Source of the DNA: Alphaproteobacteria bacterium
GTDB taxonomy: Bacteria; Pseudomonadota; Alphaproteobacteria; SP197
Direction of reading: 5' to 3'
Assembly: GCA_964291415.2 (NCBI GenBank)
Contig: OZ219917.1
Span: 288,001 to 352,000, forward strand
Length of the DNA: 64,000 nt
Below are positions 28,011 to 37,205 of this stretch, piece by piece. The notes beneath the pieces were generated by a model. That model was not told the DNA's origin. It saw only the letters and a program-made list of their open reading frames with translations, and ran no database searches. Both the position numbers and the translations under genes were made by a program. Numbering within the stretch: the first letter of the stretch is position 1; each line of letters begins with the position of its first letter.

Positions 28011-29261
28011 TCACGCAGGAACGTGCGCCCGGGCTTGAAACGCGGCGCGGCGCCGGCGGTTGCGCCGGCGTTTCGTCTGTCCCGGAAAGCCGCCGCCGGA
28101 CCGTGGCTTCCCCGGAACCCCTTCGCCAATCGCGACAGGTCGTTCGCCGATCACGGTCAGTTGGCGTCGGATCAGACGCTCGATATCGCGCAGATAGCCG
28201 CGTTCGGCCCGATCGCAGAATGACAATGCGATGCCGTCGGCGCCGGCTCGAGCAGTGCGGCCGATGCGGTGGACGTAACTTTCCGGTTCGTTGGGAAGTT
28301 CGAAGTTGATGACATGGGTGATGCCATCAACATCGATACCCCGGGCGGCGATATCGGTTGCGACCAGAACACGCGCTTCGCCGGCGCGGAACCGTTTGAG
28401 CGCCCGCTGGCGAGCGCCTTGCGACTTGTTGCCGTGGATCGCGGCGGCGGCAATCCCGCATTTGGCGAGCTTCTCGGCAACATGGTTGGCGCGGTGCTTG
28501 GTGCGGGCGAAGACGAGCACCCGGGACAACGCCGGGTCGTCGAGGACGGCCGCGAGCAACGCCGCCTTGTTCGCGGCATCGACATGATAAATGCGCTGGT
28601 CGATGCGCTCGACGGGCGTCGCCTGGGGCGTGACCTCGACGCGAACAGGATCGACCAGGATCTCAGCCGCGAGGCGGGCCACGTCGTCCGGCATCGTCGC
28701 CGAAAACAGCAGCGACTGGCGCTGTGCGGGCAGGGCGGCAACGATTTTGCGAACATCCCGGACGAAGCCCATGTCAAGCATCCGGTCGGCCTCGTCGAGC
28801 ACAAGGAACTCAACGGCGTCGAGCCGGAGCCGTCCCTGGCCCATGAGATCGAGCAAGCGGCCGGGGGTTGCAACGAGGACGTCGATACCGCGCGAGATGG
28901 CGGCGACCTGCGGTCCCTGACTGACTCCGCCATAGACCACGGCATGGCGAACCCGAAGATGCCGACCGTAGGCACGGAACTCCTCGCCGATCTGGATGGC
29001 GAGTTCGCGGGTTGGCGCGAGGATCAGGGCGCGGGGCGCGCGCAGGTTGTGGCCGGCTTGCGAAAGCTGCTGGAGGATCGGCAGTGCAAACGCCGCGGTC
29101 TTGCCGGTGCCGGTCTGGGCGATGCCCAGCATGTCGTTCCCGGCGAGAAGTCGGGGAATGGCCTGCGCCTGGATCGGCGTCGGGACGGTGTGGTTTCTGG
29201 AGTTCAAGCCACGCCGGATCGGCTCGGCCAGGCCGAGCTGCGAAAAGTTGCGAACGGTCAA
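28011..29261 (-). CDS. rhlE: DEAD-box RNA helicase (RhlE-like)
   Basis: AQTGTGKT, PTRELA, DEAD, SAT, HRIGRTAR; TTG start after AAGGGAAA. Confidence 0.9.
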   Translation of the reverse strand: MTVRNFSQLGLAEPIRRGLNSRNHTVPTPIQAQAIPRLLAGNDMLGIAQTGTGKTAAFALPILQQLSQAGHNLRAPRALILAPTRELAIQIGEEFRAYGRHLRVRHAVVYGGVSQGPQVAAISRGIDVLVATPGRLLDLMGQGRLRLDAVEFLVLDEADRMLDMGFVRDVRKIVAALPAQRQSLLFSATMPDDVARLAAEILVDPVRVEVTPQATPVERIDQRIYHVDAANKAALLAAVLDDPALSRVLVFARTKHRANHVAEKLAKCGIAAAAIHGNKSQGARQRALKRFRAGEARVLVATDIAARGIDVDGITHVINFELPNEPESYVHRIGRTARAGADGIALSFCDRAERGYLRDIERLIRRQLTVIGERPVAIGEGVPGKPRSGGGFPGQTKRRRNRRRRAAFQARAHVPA

Positions 29262-29734
29262 AGATGTTTCCCTTTTTGCGCCCGCCACCGCTCCGGCCAA
29301 GTCGGCGCGGTCGATCGAAACGCTTGGCCGGCCCCGGGCGCGACCGGAACTGGATATTCCACGAATACTGTTCTCGGGAGGTGCGCCGACCTGTGCGGCG
29401 CTTCGCGCAATCGCGAGACAACAGACAATGTAGGGACGTCACATGAGCCTGGCGACCCGCGATGTCAAGCGAATCCACGCAACCTCGTACACGCCCGCGA
29501 CCGCCCCCACAGGCCGCCCACAACGTCCGGCAGCAGGAGCAGTCCTGGGACAATTCACAAGGATGCGAACTCATCCTGCAGTACGTCGAAACGGTTGTCC
29601 GTCCCGACTCCTGCTCTCGATACGCGCGCATCGAACGACATTTCGGACATGCCCACGTGCTGGTACCTGTTGTCTCTCACCGGGATCCCGATCAAGGACG
29701 ACACCGCGACACCTCATCGCATCCAATAGACCCG

Positions 29735-30012
29735 TCACTTGCGGGGACGCTGTGGGGCTTCGGGTACGGGAAGACGGCGGCGGGCCGGGAACGGATGAGG
29801 CAGGTGATGACATGACGAAGCTGAAGGGCCTGACGGCGCGTTTCATGGAGGATCCCGGTTTCTCGAGAACCAAGTGCGCATCGAGGCGCTGGTGCGCGCG
29901 CCTGTGGTGGCAATGCTGACGCAGGCCGTGATCGCGCGGCTGGGCGGTAGCCGGGTGTCGTCAGTGTTTGCGACCCTTCGCCGGTACGCCGAAGCAACGG
30001 GGACGAAGCGCC
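29735..30012 (+). pseudogene. Decayed HigBA-like toxin-antitoxin pair (RelE/Gp49-type toxin remnant + XRE-HTH antitoxin with frameshift/deletion)
   Basis: Toxin-like tail LAGTLW...RERMRQVMT* overlaps (ATGA) MTKLKGLTARFMEDPGF; a shifted frame continues IEALVRA...LTQA.IARLGG.RVS..FATLRRYAEATG. Confidence 0.6.
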
Positions 30013-30165
30013 ACAGCTCCTCGGTCGCCGTGAGCTTGCAGAAATCGCACACCAGCGACGGAAGACGCGCACTGTCGAGCAGGCGCCACAGCGGTCCGGT
30101 CCGTCCAGGCTTCTTCACCGTCGTCGCGTCGAACGCCCTGACCTGAAATCGTTCTGCCATGTCGG
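30012..30165 (-). pseudogene. Short transposase fragment (IS4-superfamily-like)
   Basis: VRAFDATTVKKPGRTG.LWR....RLPSLVCDF.KLT resembles the first catalytic Asp region of DDE transposases. Confidence 0.5.
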
Positions 30166-30252
30166 CGACAGCAGCCCTGGTCAGGGTCTCGCATGGAAAC
30201 CTGGCGCTGTGGTATTGTTCTTGGAAACCGACATCAGCGAACGGAGGCCACC

Positions 30253-31836
30253 ATGAGCGTGGGGTGGGTGAAGGCCGTTTCATGCGATGACCTGGCAGAG
30301 AAGGGGCGCACGGTCTTTCGCCTCGACAATCGCCAGATCGCCATCTTCGACACGAAGAAAGGAATCTTCGCCTGCAACAACCGCTGTCCGCACGAGGGGT
30401 ACCCGTTGCGCGAGGGCACGCTCGACGAGGACTGCAAGCTGACGTGCAACTGGCACAACTGGAAGTTCGACCTGGTGACCGGAGAGAACCAGCGCGACGG
30501 CGACAGGCTGCGCACCTATCCGGTCGAGTTGCGCGACGGAGAGGTCTGGATCGAGATCGTCGATCCTCCCCTCGAGGAACAGGTCGCCGGCGCCCTTGAA
30601 GGCCTGAAGAAGGGCTTCGACGATCACGCCTACGAACAGATGAGCCGTGAAATCGCCCGTATCATGCGCATGGGCGGCGATCCCCTCATCGCCGTGGTGA
30701 AGGCGATTGAGTGGTCCCACGACCGGCTCGAGTTCGGCTGGACCCACGCTTTTGCCGGGGCCGCCGACTGGCTGGCGCTCCACGACCGCCATGAGGACAA
30801 CCCGGAGAACCGCCTGATCTGCCTCCTCGAGGCGGTGGGCCACATGTCGGACGACACGCTGCGCGAGTCGACCTATCCCTTTGCCGAGGGTGTCATGGAC
30901 TGGGACGAGGAGGCGTTCGTTGCCGCCGTCGAGAGGGAAGACGAGGACCAGGCGATCCGCCTCACCCGGGGAGCGCTTGCCGCCGGCAACGCCCACCTGA
31001 CCATGGAACGGGGCCTCGCCCGGGCGGCCCTGGCGCACTATGCCGACTTCGGTCATTCGGCCATCTACGTCTCGAAGGTCTCCAGCCTCGTCGAACGCCT
31101 CGGCAACGACGTTGCCGAGCCCTTGCTGCTGTCGCTCGTCCGCAGTCTCGTGTCGTCCTTCCGCGAGGATCTCATTCCCGAGTTCCGCGCCTACGGACCC
31201 GCTCTCGAGTCATTCGGCGCAAAGCCGAACGGCTCCGTGCCGGCTGCGGCGGACTATGCGACGCTCAGCGCCCGAAAGGCTGTCGAGTTCACGGCCCGCC
31301 ACGGACAGGCGGCGCCTCTCGAACTCTACCGCAGCCTGCTTGGCGCCAACGCGATGAACATGCTGTCGTTCAATCTGGCCCATCTCGATGACATCGATCA
31401 GCCCTATGGCAGCGATTTCGGCTGGCTCGATCTCACCCACGGCCTCACCTTCGCGGAAGCCGTGCTGCGGCTGTGCTCGCGCCACGAAGACCTGTGGCCG
31501 GCGGGTCTCTTGCAGATGGCCTGCTTCGCCGGCCGGAACATCGGTCATCAGAACCCGGACGTGGATCTCGAGGACTGGAGGGTTGCGGATCGCGCCGGCT
31601 TCTTTGGCGACGTCGAGGCAAAACTCCTCGACCACGGCCAGGACGAGTACATCGTTTCGGTCCATCTCCTCAAGACGGCCGAAGCCGTGCGCTGTCTCGC
31701 ATCGTCCAGGGAAACGGGTCACGCGGGCGAGGTGGCGCTCGCCGCCCTCAACCGCCTGCTTCACTCACCGGTGCGGCGCAAGATGGTCCGCCGCACGGCG
31801 CGCCAGGCCATGCGGTTCGTCGCCACCGACGTGTAG
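30253..31836 (+). CDS. Rieske (NirD-like) ferredoxin domain fused to a large His-motif helical domain
   Basis: N-term NRCPHEGYPL...CNWHNWKFDL; ~420-aa C-terminal region of unknown function; RBS GGAGG. Confidence 0.85.
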   Translation: MSVGWVKAVSCDDLAEKGRTVFRLDNRQIAIFDTKKGIFACNNRCPHEGYPLREGTLDEDCKLTCNWHNWKFDLVTGENQRDGDRLRTYPVELRDGEVWIEIVDPPLEEQVAGALEGLKKGFDDHAYEQMSREIARIMRMGGDPLIAVVKAIEWSHDRLEFGWTHAFAGAADWLALHDRHEDNPENRLICLLEAVGHMSDDTLRESTYPFAEGVMDWDEEAFVAAVEREDEDQAIRLTRGALAAGNAHLTMERGLARAALAHYADFGHSAIYVSKVSSLVERLGNDVAEPLLLSLVRSLVSSFREDLIPEFRAYGPALESFGAKPNGSVPAAADYATLSARKAVEFTARHGQAAPLELYRSLLGANAMNMLSFNLAHLDDIDQPYGSDFGWLDLTHGLTFAEAVLRLCSRHEDLWPAGLLQMACFAGRNIGHQNPDVDLEDWRVADRAGFFGDVEAKLLDHGQDEYIVSVHLLKTAEAVRCLASSRETGHAGEVALAALNRLLHSPVRRKMVRRTARQAMRFVATDV

Positions 31837-33546
31837 CGCCTCTGGCGTCAGGGCATCGAAGAGACCGGAGAGACGCCGCGTCCGGTTGGCGAGCGCTACC
31901 CTGATCTCGTCCTCGCTGCCGTGGACGGTGACCGTGCGGCGCGCCCTCGTGACGGCCGTGTAGAGAAGTTCACGGGTGAGGATCGGTGACTCCTCCCCGC
32001 CCGGAACGACCGCCACGTCCTGGTACTCCGAGCCCTGGGCCCGGTGGACGGTCATGGCGAAGACGCTTTCATGGTCGGGCAGGCGCGCCGGAGGAAAGGC
32101 GAGCGCGTTGCCGGCGTCGTCGCGAAGTTGCGGAAAGAGCACCGTGCGCCGGCCGTCCCTGGCCGGGATGACGATGCCCGTGTCGCCGTTGGAGAGACCT
32201 GTTGCAGGATCGTTGCGCGTGATGATCACGGGGCGGCCGACATAGAACCCGTCACGCTGCCGGGCGAGGCCACGGTTCCCCAGGCCCTCCTCGACTAGGC
32301 GATTGAAGCGCGCCGATCCGAAGGGACCGCGACGGTGACCGCACAGGACCGCGAACCGGGAGAAGGGGTCGAACCCTTCGTCCGGAGCGGCGGTCATGCC
32401 CTCAACGAGGGGGCCGTAGACATCGTCGGTCAACCGAACCGCGAGCCTCCTGAACTCTTCGGCATCGTCCAGCGGACGACGCGTGATGGTCGGCTCGCCG
32501 GGATCGTCGAGTGCGGCGATGACGTCATCGGCGTCATTGCGCCTGATGGCCTCGGCAAGCCGCCCGATACCCCCCTTGGCATCGAAGCGCCAGTTGTGGC
32601 TGAGTTCGACGATACGGGAATGAAGCGGCGATGAGCCTGAGGCGCCCGCGGCGACGAGATCGGCGAAGACGGAGCCCGGCTGCACCGACGCCAGCTGCAT
32701 GGAATCTCCCAGAAGGACGAGCCGGGCGTCTTGCGGAAGCGTCTCCAGAACCTGGCCCATGAGGTTGATGTCCACCATGGACGCCTCGTCGACGACAAGC
32801 AGGCGCGTCGGCTCCTCGCGCCAACGGCTGGCGTTGAGCCAGCGATGAAGGGTTCGTGCCTCGAGCACCGCCACGTCGGGACGCTCGGAGGCATCGCGGA
32901 CCGCCTGCTGCAGACGCGCCGCCGCCTTGCCCGTCGGCGCTGTCAGCGCAATGCCTGCAGGCGACACCAGGCCGGCATCCAGAAGGACAGAGAGGATCCT
33001 GGCCACGATCGTGGTCTTGCCCGTGCCCGGACCGCCGGAAATGCAGCAGAATCTGCCGCCAAGGGCGATCGTCGCGGCCTTGCGCAGCTCCTCGGTGACC
33101 GCGCTCCGAGGAACATGCCGGTCCACCAGGGCGACGTGGGAGTCCGCCGTTGCCAAAGGCCCGGCGCATCGTTCGCGGATGCCGGCCGCAACCGCTTTCT
33201 CGAGTTCGAAGAGACGCTCCATGTAGAGCCGCGTGCCCTTGGCCAGGACCAGGGGCGCAGGGGCGGCGGATGTCGTCCGCCTGACGACGGGGCTGGCCTC
33301 GAGAGCGGCGATCCAGGCATCCCGGCCGGGCATGCGCAGGCCTTGTGGTCCCTCCCGGCCGGCAAGTTCCTCGATATCGAGGCACGTATGGCCTTGGCGG
33401 GTGGCGGCGCTCGCCAGGGCCGCGGCCAGCGCGACCGACGTATCGTCGTCGGGGGCCAGATCGGTCATGAGGGCGGCGAAATGCCGATCGATGGGCGCGA
33501 TGGCGTCCTCCCTCAGCAAGTCCTCGACGATCCCCGGCGCCTTCAC
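31765..33546 (-). CDS. recD: Exodeoxyribonuclease V alpha subunit RecD
   Basis: ISGGPGTGKTT, APTGKAAARL, VDEASM, MTVHRAQGSEY, ELLYTAVTRAR. Confidence 0.93.
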   Translation of the reverse strand: MKAPGIVEDLLREDAIAPIDRHFAALMTDLAPDDDTSVALAAALASAATRQGHTCLDIEELAGREGPQGLRMPGRDAWIAALEASPVVRRTTSAAPAPLVLAKGTRLYMERLFELEKAVAAGIRERCAGPLATADSHVALVDRHVPRSAVTEELRKAATIALGGRFCCISGGPGTGKTTIVARILSVLLDAGLVSPAGIALTAPTGKAAARLQQAVRDASERPDVAVLEARTLHRWLNASRWREEPTRLLVVDEASMVDINLMGQVLETLPQDARLVLLGDSMQLASVQPGSVFADLVAAGASGSSPLHSRIVELSHNWRFDAKGGIGRLAEAIRRNDADDVIAALDDPGEPTITRRPLDDAEEFRRLAVRLTDDVYGPLVEGMTAAPDEGFDPFSRFAVLCGHRRGPFGSARFNRLVEEGLGNRGLARQRDGFYVGRPVIITRNDPATGLSNGDTGIVIPARDGRRTVLFPQLRDDAGNALAFPPARLPDHESVFAMTVHRAQGSEYQDVAVVPGGEESPILTRELLYTAVTRARRTVTVHGSEDEIRVALANRTRRLSGLFDALTPEALHVGGDEPHGLARRAADHLAPHR

Positions 33547-36500
33547 GACGCGTCACCCCTGAAGCAGGCGTCGAGATCACGGATGCAGGCATGAGTCGGC
33601 CGATCGAACCACACGCCGCGGCTCATGCCGGCTTCGGGGTCCATCCCTCTCAGAAACAGGTAGAAGGCGCCGCCGACGTGGCGTTCGTAGTCGTAGTCCG
33701 TGATCCTCGTCGCCAGATAGCGATCGAGGGCGACCAGGTAGAGCAGGTACTGGAAGGTGTAGCCGCTCCTGTGCATGGCAGGATCAAGCCGCGCCGAAGC
33801 GTAGTCGCCCGCCCTGTTGCCGAGCCAGTTCGACTTGTAGTCGAGAACGTACCAGCGATCGTTCCGGGCAATCACCAGGTCGATGAATCCCCTGAGATAG
33901 CCCCTGATCGGCTGCGCGCTGGCCGACGACGGGATCGGATCGGGGTAACCGTGGCGCGTCAGACACTCGGAGATGCAGCGTCTGCGCAACCGGTCGGCCG
34001 GAAAGCTGAACTCCAGTTCCGGCAGCCTCTTCAGGGGGTCGGCCAGGCAGAAGCCCTCGTGTCCCGGCTCCTCGAGATGCGTGGCCCGTGCGTTGACGAC
34101 CACGGTGCGCGCCACGTCGGTCCAGGACAAATCGATGCCGTAGTGGCGCAGCTGCCGGCGGCAGATTGCGTCGAGGTCGTCTTCAGGTCTGAGATCCATG
34201 GCTTCGAGAATGCCGTGGAAGCATCGGCCGGCGGTGGCGCCCCGGGGAAAGGTGAAGCGTGACGGGCCATCGCATGGCGCCTCGCCTGAGTCGTCGGGCG
34301 GCGTGTCCCGGTCGTCATCGTGGTCGGGACGCCCGACCAGGCGGCCTCCCGGACCGTGATCGGCGCTGAGAGCCGAGAAGCTGGTGATGTGGCGGATGTT
34401 CTCCAGCTTCCTGGTGAACCGCCTTGCTTCGAGGACCGGGGTGATCTGCGGTGCAGGTACCGGTTCGGGAGCGTTCCCGCTCTCCGGGCCCGGTCCGACA
34501 GTTCCTTCGGATCTCTCGAAGATCCTTGCAATCTGCTGGCGCCATGCGTCGTCAGACAGATCCTTGAACGATGTCTTGACCCTCGCATAAAGGCCCCCGA
34601 CAGCGAGCGGGACCGCCCACTTTTCGCTTGTGTTCGTCGTCTTCGGTGCCACGTACCCGTCGCTCAGCGGCTCCTGGTGAAGCAGCCAAGAAAGCGGGGA
34701 TATCTCCTTCGTGCTGGAGAGCCGTGCTGTAGCCACCACGCAGCGCTCCCTTGCCCGTGTCAGAGCGACATAAAGCAGACGCACTTCCTCCATGAAGCTC
34801 TCGACAAGTTCGGCGTTGCGGTCACCGGCGCCGGGGTCGAGATTGAGGACCACCGGATAGGACGTTGCGTTCCCGTCGTCCCTTTCAAGGTGGCAGGTCG
34901 CCGTGTCGCCGCGCGATGCCTGGACACTCGGGACATCCCACGTGAAGGGACAGAAGACGATCGGGAACTCGAGACCCTTGCTGGAGTGAATCGTCATGAT
35001 TCGCACAAGGTCCTCGTCGCTCTCGAGGCGCAGCAGTGCCGCCTCGTCCCGTTGGGCCGTCTCGCTCAGCTGCCGGCTGAACCAGGTGGCGACGCCCGCA
35101 GGTCCGAGGCGCAGGTCTGCCTCGGCGTCCTGCAGGACATCGATGAGGTGATGCACGTTGCTCAAGCGCCGGGGGGCATTGCCATAGGCCGTCAGGCTGT
35201 CCCCGGACGCGAGGATGCGATGGAGTGCCGTCCCTATTCCCCGCTCCCGCCAGATGCGGCGCCAGCCGGCTATCTCTTCCTGCCACCGGTTCCAGGTGGC
35301 GTCATCATCCTTGATCGCCAGGAGTTCCCGGTTGTCGAGACCGAAGATGTCGCCGGACAGCATGGCGCGTTCCCGCGTGGTCCGGCCCGGCTCGGCCAGG
35401 GCCCACAGCACCCTTTCCAGCTGTTCGGCCTCGCGCGTCTCGAAGACGCTCGTGTCGTCGATTTCGACACATCCGACACCCCTGTGTCGCAGGTCCATGG
35501 CGATGTCACGTCCCTGGCTGCGCTTGCGAACGAGCACCGCGATGTCGGACCCCTTCAGGGGTTGGCCCTCAATGCGGGCGTCGCCCCTTCCTGCCGCACG
35601 GAGCAGTGTGCGGATCTCGCTGCCGGTCCGGTCGACGGACCGCCGCATCGCGGTCGACTTCGTGATGCCACCACCGAGATTCCACACCCTGAGCGGCGGA
35701 CCCCTGTCACCCTTCACCTCGAGAACCGGCGTCTCGTCACGCCCCGGCACGGCCGGACTGAATGCAATGCTGTCGATCAGGAACGGGGCCCGGGTGTCAA
35801 AGAGATGATTGACGCCCCTCACGAGAGACGGAGCCGACCGCCAGTTCTTCCTGAGGGCGAGGGTGTTCCGGGCGCGCTTCTTTGCTTCCAGGTATGAGAA
35901 GACGTCGGCGCCGCGGAACCAGTAGATGGACTGCTTGGGGTCACCGACGATGAAGAGAGCGGGAGGGGTTCCCGGCACCTTCAGCGGCGGGTCGTAGACA
36001 CGTGTGAAGATCCTGGTCTGCAGCGGATCGGTGTCCTGATACTCGTCGATCAGGGCCACCGGGTAGCGTTCACGCAAGCCGCGGGCGAGCGCCATGCCGT
36101 TGCGCCCTTCCAGGGCGCCATGGAGTTCGTTCAGCAGGTCCTCGTAGCCCATGCGCCTGTTCTGGCGTACCAGCTTCGGACGCAGGCTCCGCACCTTTTC
36201 CAGAATGTCGTTCCTGATGTGCCGGACGGCATCGGCATAGGCGGAACGAACCTTCTCACCGGCCACTTCGAGGCGCTCGAAGGCATCGATGAGCGGGTTG
36301 TCGGGAAGCACCTGGTTCTTCAGCAGGGCGCGCTCGAGCCGGGTTCTGCCGAACCGGCCGGCGCGGCCGGTCTCCCACAGCCTGTCATCGTCACCATCGT
36401 TGAGGGCGTCCTCGATGAACTTGAGCCGCTCCAGCGACTTCTTCTCAGGGTAGGATGACTTGCTGAGAACGTGCCGTTGCCACAACGCCTCCTTGAAAGC

Positions 36501-37205
36501 GTCGCCATGGTCTTCCCACAACGTGCGGAGATTCGCCAAGCCCGCCTTCCAGGCCGCCTCGATCTCCCGGGCCGACGGCGCGGTCTTCGGGACGCCGTGG
36601 ACTTCAAGGCCGGGCTGCAGGGGCACGCCCGCCGCCCATGCGGCCAGCGACTCTGGCGAGACTTTCTTGTCGTTCATGTACCGGGCCAGGCCGGGCGTGA
36701 AGGTGACCACGCTCTTCTGCCAGACGTCGTGCGTGGCGCGTGTCACGCATGTATCGAGGCTTCCCGTGATCTCGCAGTGGAATGGCAGACCGCATTCGAA
36801 CGAGAATTCGGCGAGCAGGCGCGCGCAGATGCCGTGAATGGTGTGAATGTTGGCCCGGTCGATGTCATGGATCGCCAGATCAAGGCGGCGCGCGGCCACC
36901 GGAGCATCGATGCCCGTCTTCTTCCAGTGTTCGACGAGTTCGCGCGCCTGGTCATCCCCTTCATCGGGCGACAGCACGGCGCGCCAGGTCGATTTCAGGG
37001 TCCGGCGGATCCGCTCCTTCAGTTCGGCCGTGGCGGCGCGCGTGTAGGTGACGATGAGCAGACCGTCGAGTTCAAGGCCGCGCTCGACAACCAGGCGCGC
37101 CACCAGCGTCGTGATGGCCCTCGTCTTGCCGGATCCGGCACTCGCCTCGATGAGCGTCAGACCGGCGCAATCGAGGGGGACGTCGAGCGGCGTGGACATG
37201 CTCAT
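33543..37205 (-). CDS. recB: Exodeoxyribonuclease V beta subunit RecB
   Basis: IEASAGSGKT, DEYQDTD, GDPKQSIY.FRGAD, TIHSSKGLEF, C-terminal nuclease GFIDL...DYKSN...QY.LY. Confidence 0.93.
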   Translation of the reverse strand: MSMSTPLDVPLDCAGLTLIEASAGSGKTRAITTLVARLVVERGLELDGLLIVTYTRAATAELKERIRRTLKSTWRAVLSPDEGDDQARELVEHWKKTGIDAPVAARRLDLAIHDIDRANIHTIHGICARLLAEFSFECGLPFHCEITGSLDTCVTRATHDVWQKSVVTFTPGLARYMNDKKVSPESLAAWAAGVPLQPGLEVHGVPKTAPSAREIEAAWKAGLANLRTLWEDHGDAFKEALWQRHVLSKSSYPEKKSLERLKFIEDALNDGDDDRLWETGRAGRFGRTRLERALLKNQVLPDNPLIDAFERLEVAGEKVRSAYADAVRHIRNDILEKVRSLRPKLVRQNRRMGYEDLLNELHGALEGRNGMALARGLRERYPVALIDEYQDTDPLQTRIFTRVYDPPLKVPGTPPALFIVGDPKQSIYWFRGADVFSYLEAKKRARNTLALRKNWRSAPSLVRGVNHLFDTRAPFLIDSIAFSPAVPGRDETPVLEVKGDRGPPLRVWNLGGGITKSTAMRRSVDRTGSEIRTLLRAAGRGDARIEGQPLKGSDIAVLVRKRSQGRDIAMDLRHRGVGCVEIDDTSVFETREAEQLERVLWALAEPGRTTRERAMLSGDIFGLDNRELLAIKDDDATWNRWQEEIAGWRRIWRERGIGTALHRILASGDSLTAYGNAPRRLSNVHHLIDVLQDAEADLRLGPAGVATWFSRQLSETAQRDEAALLRLESDEDLVRIMTIHSSKGLEFPIVFCPFTWDVPSVQASRGDTATCHLERDDGNATSYPVVLNLDPGAGDRNAELVESFMEEVRLLYVALTRARERCVVATARLSSTKEISPLSWLLHQEPLSDGYVAPKTTNTSEKWAVPLAVGGLYARVKTSFKDLSDDAWRQQIARIFERSEGTVGPGPESGNAPEPVPAPQITPVLEARRFTRKLENIRHITSFSALSADHGPGGRLVGRPDHDDDRDTPPDDSGEAPCDGPSRFTFPRGATAGRCFHGILEAMDLRPEDDLDAICRRQLRHYGIDLSWTDVARTVVVNARATHLEEPGHEGFCLADPLKRLPELEFSFPADRLRRRCISECLTRHGYPDPIPSSASAQPIRGYLRGFIDLVIARNDRWYVLDYKSNWLGNRAGDYASARLDPAMHRSGYTFQYLLYLVALDRYLATRITDYDYERHVGGAFYLFLRGMDPEAGMSRGVWFDRPTHACIRDLDACFRGDAS

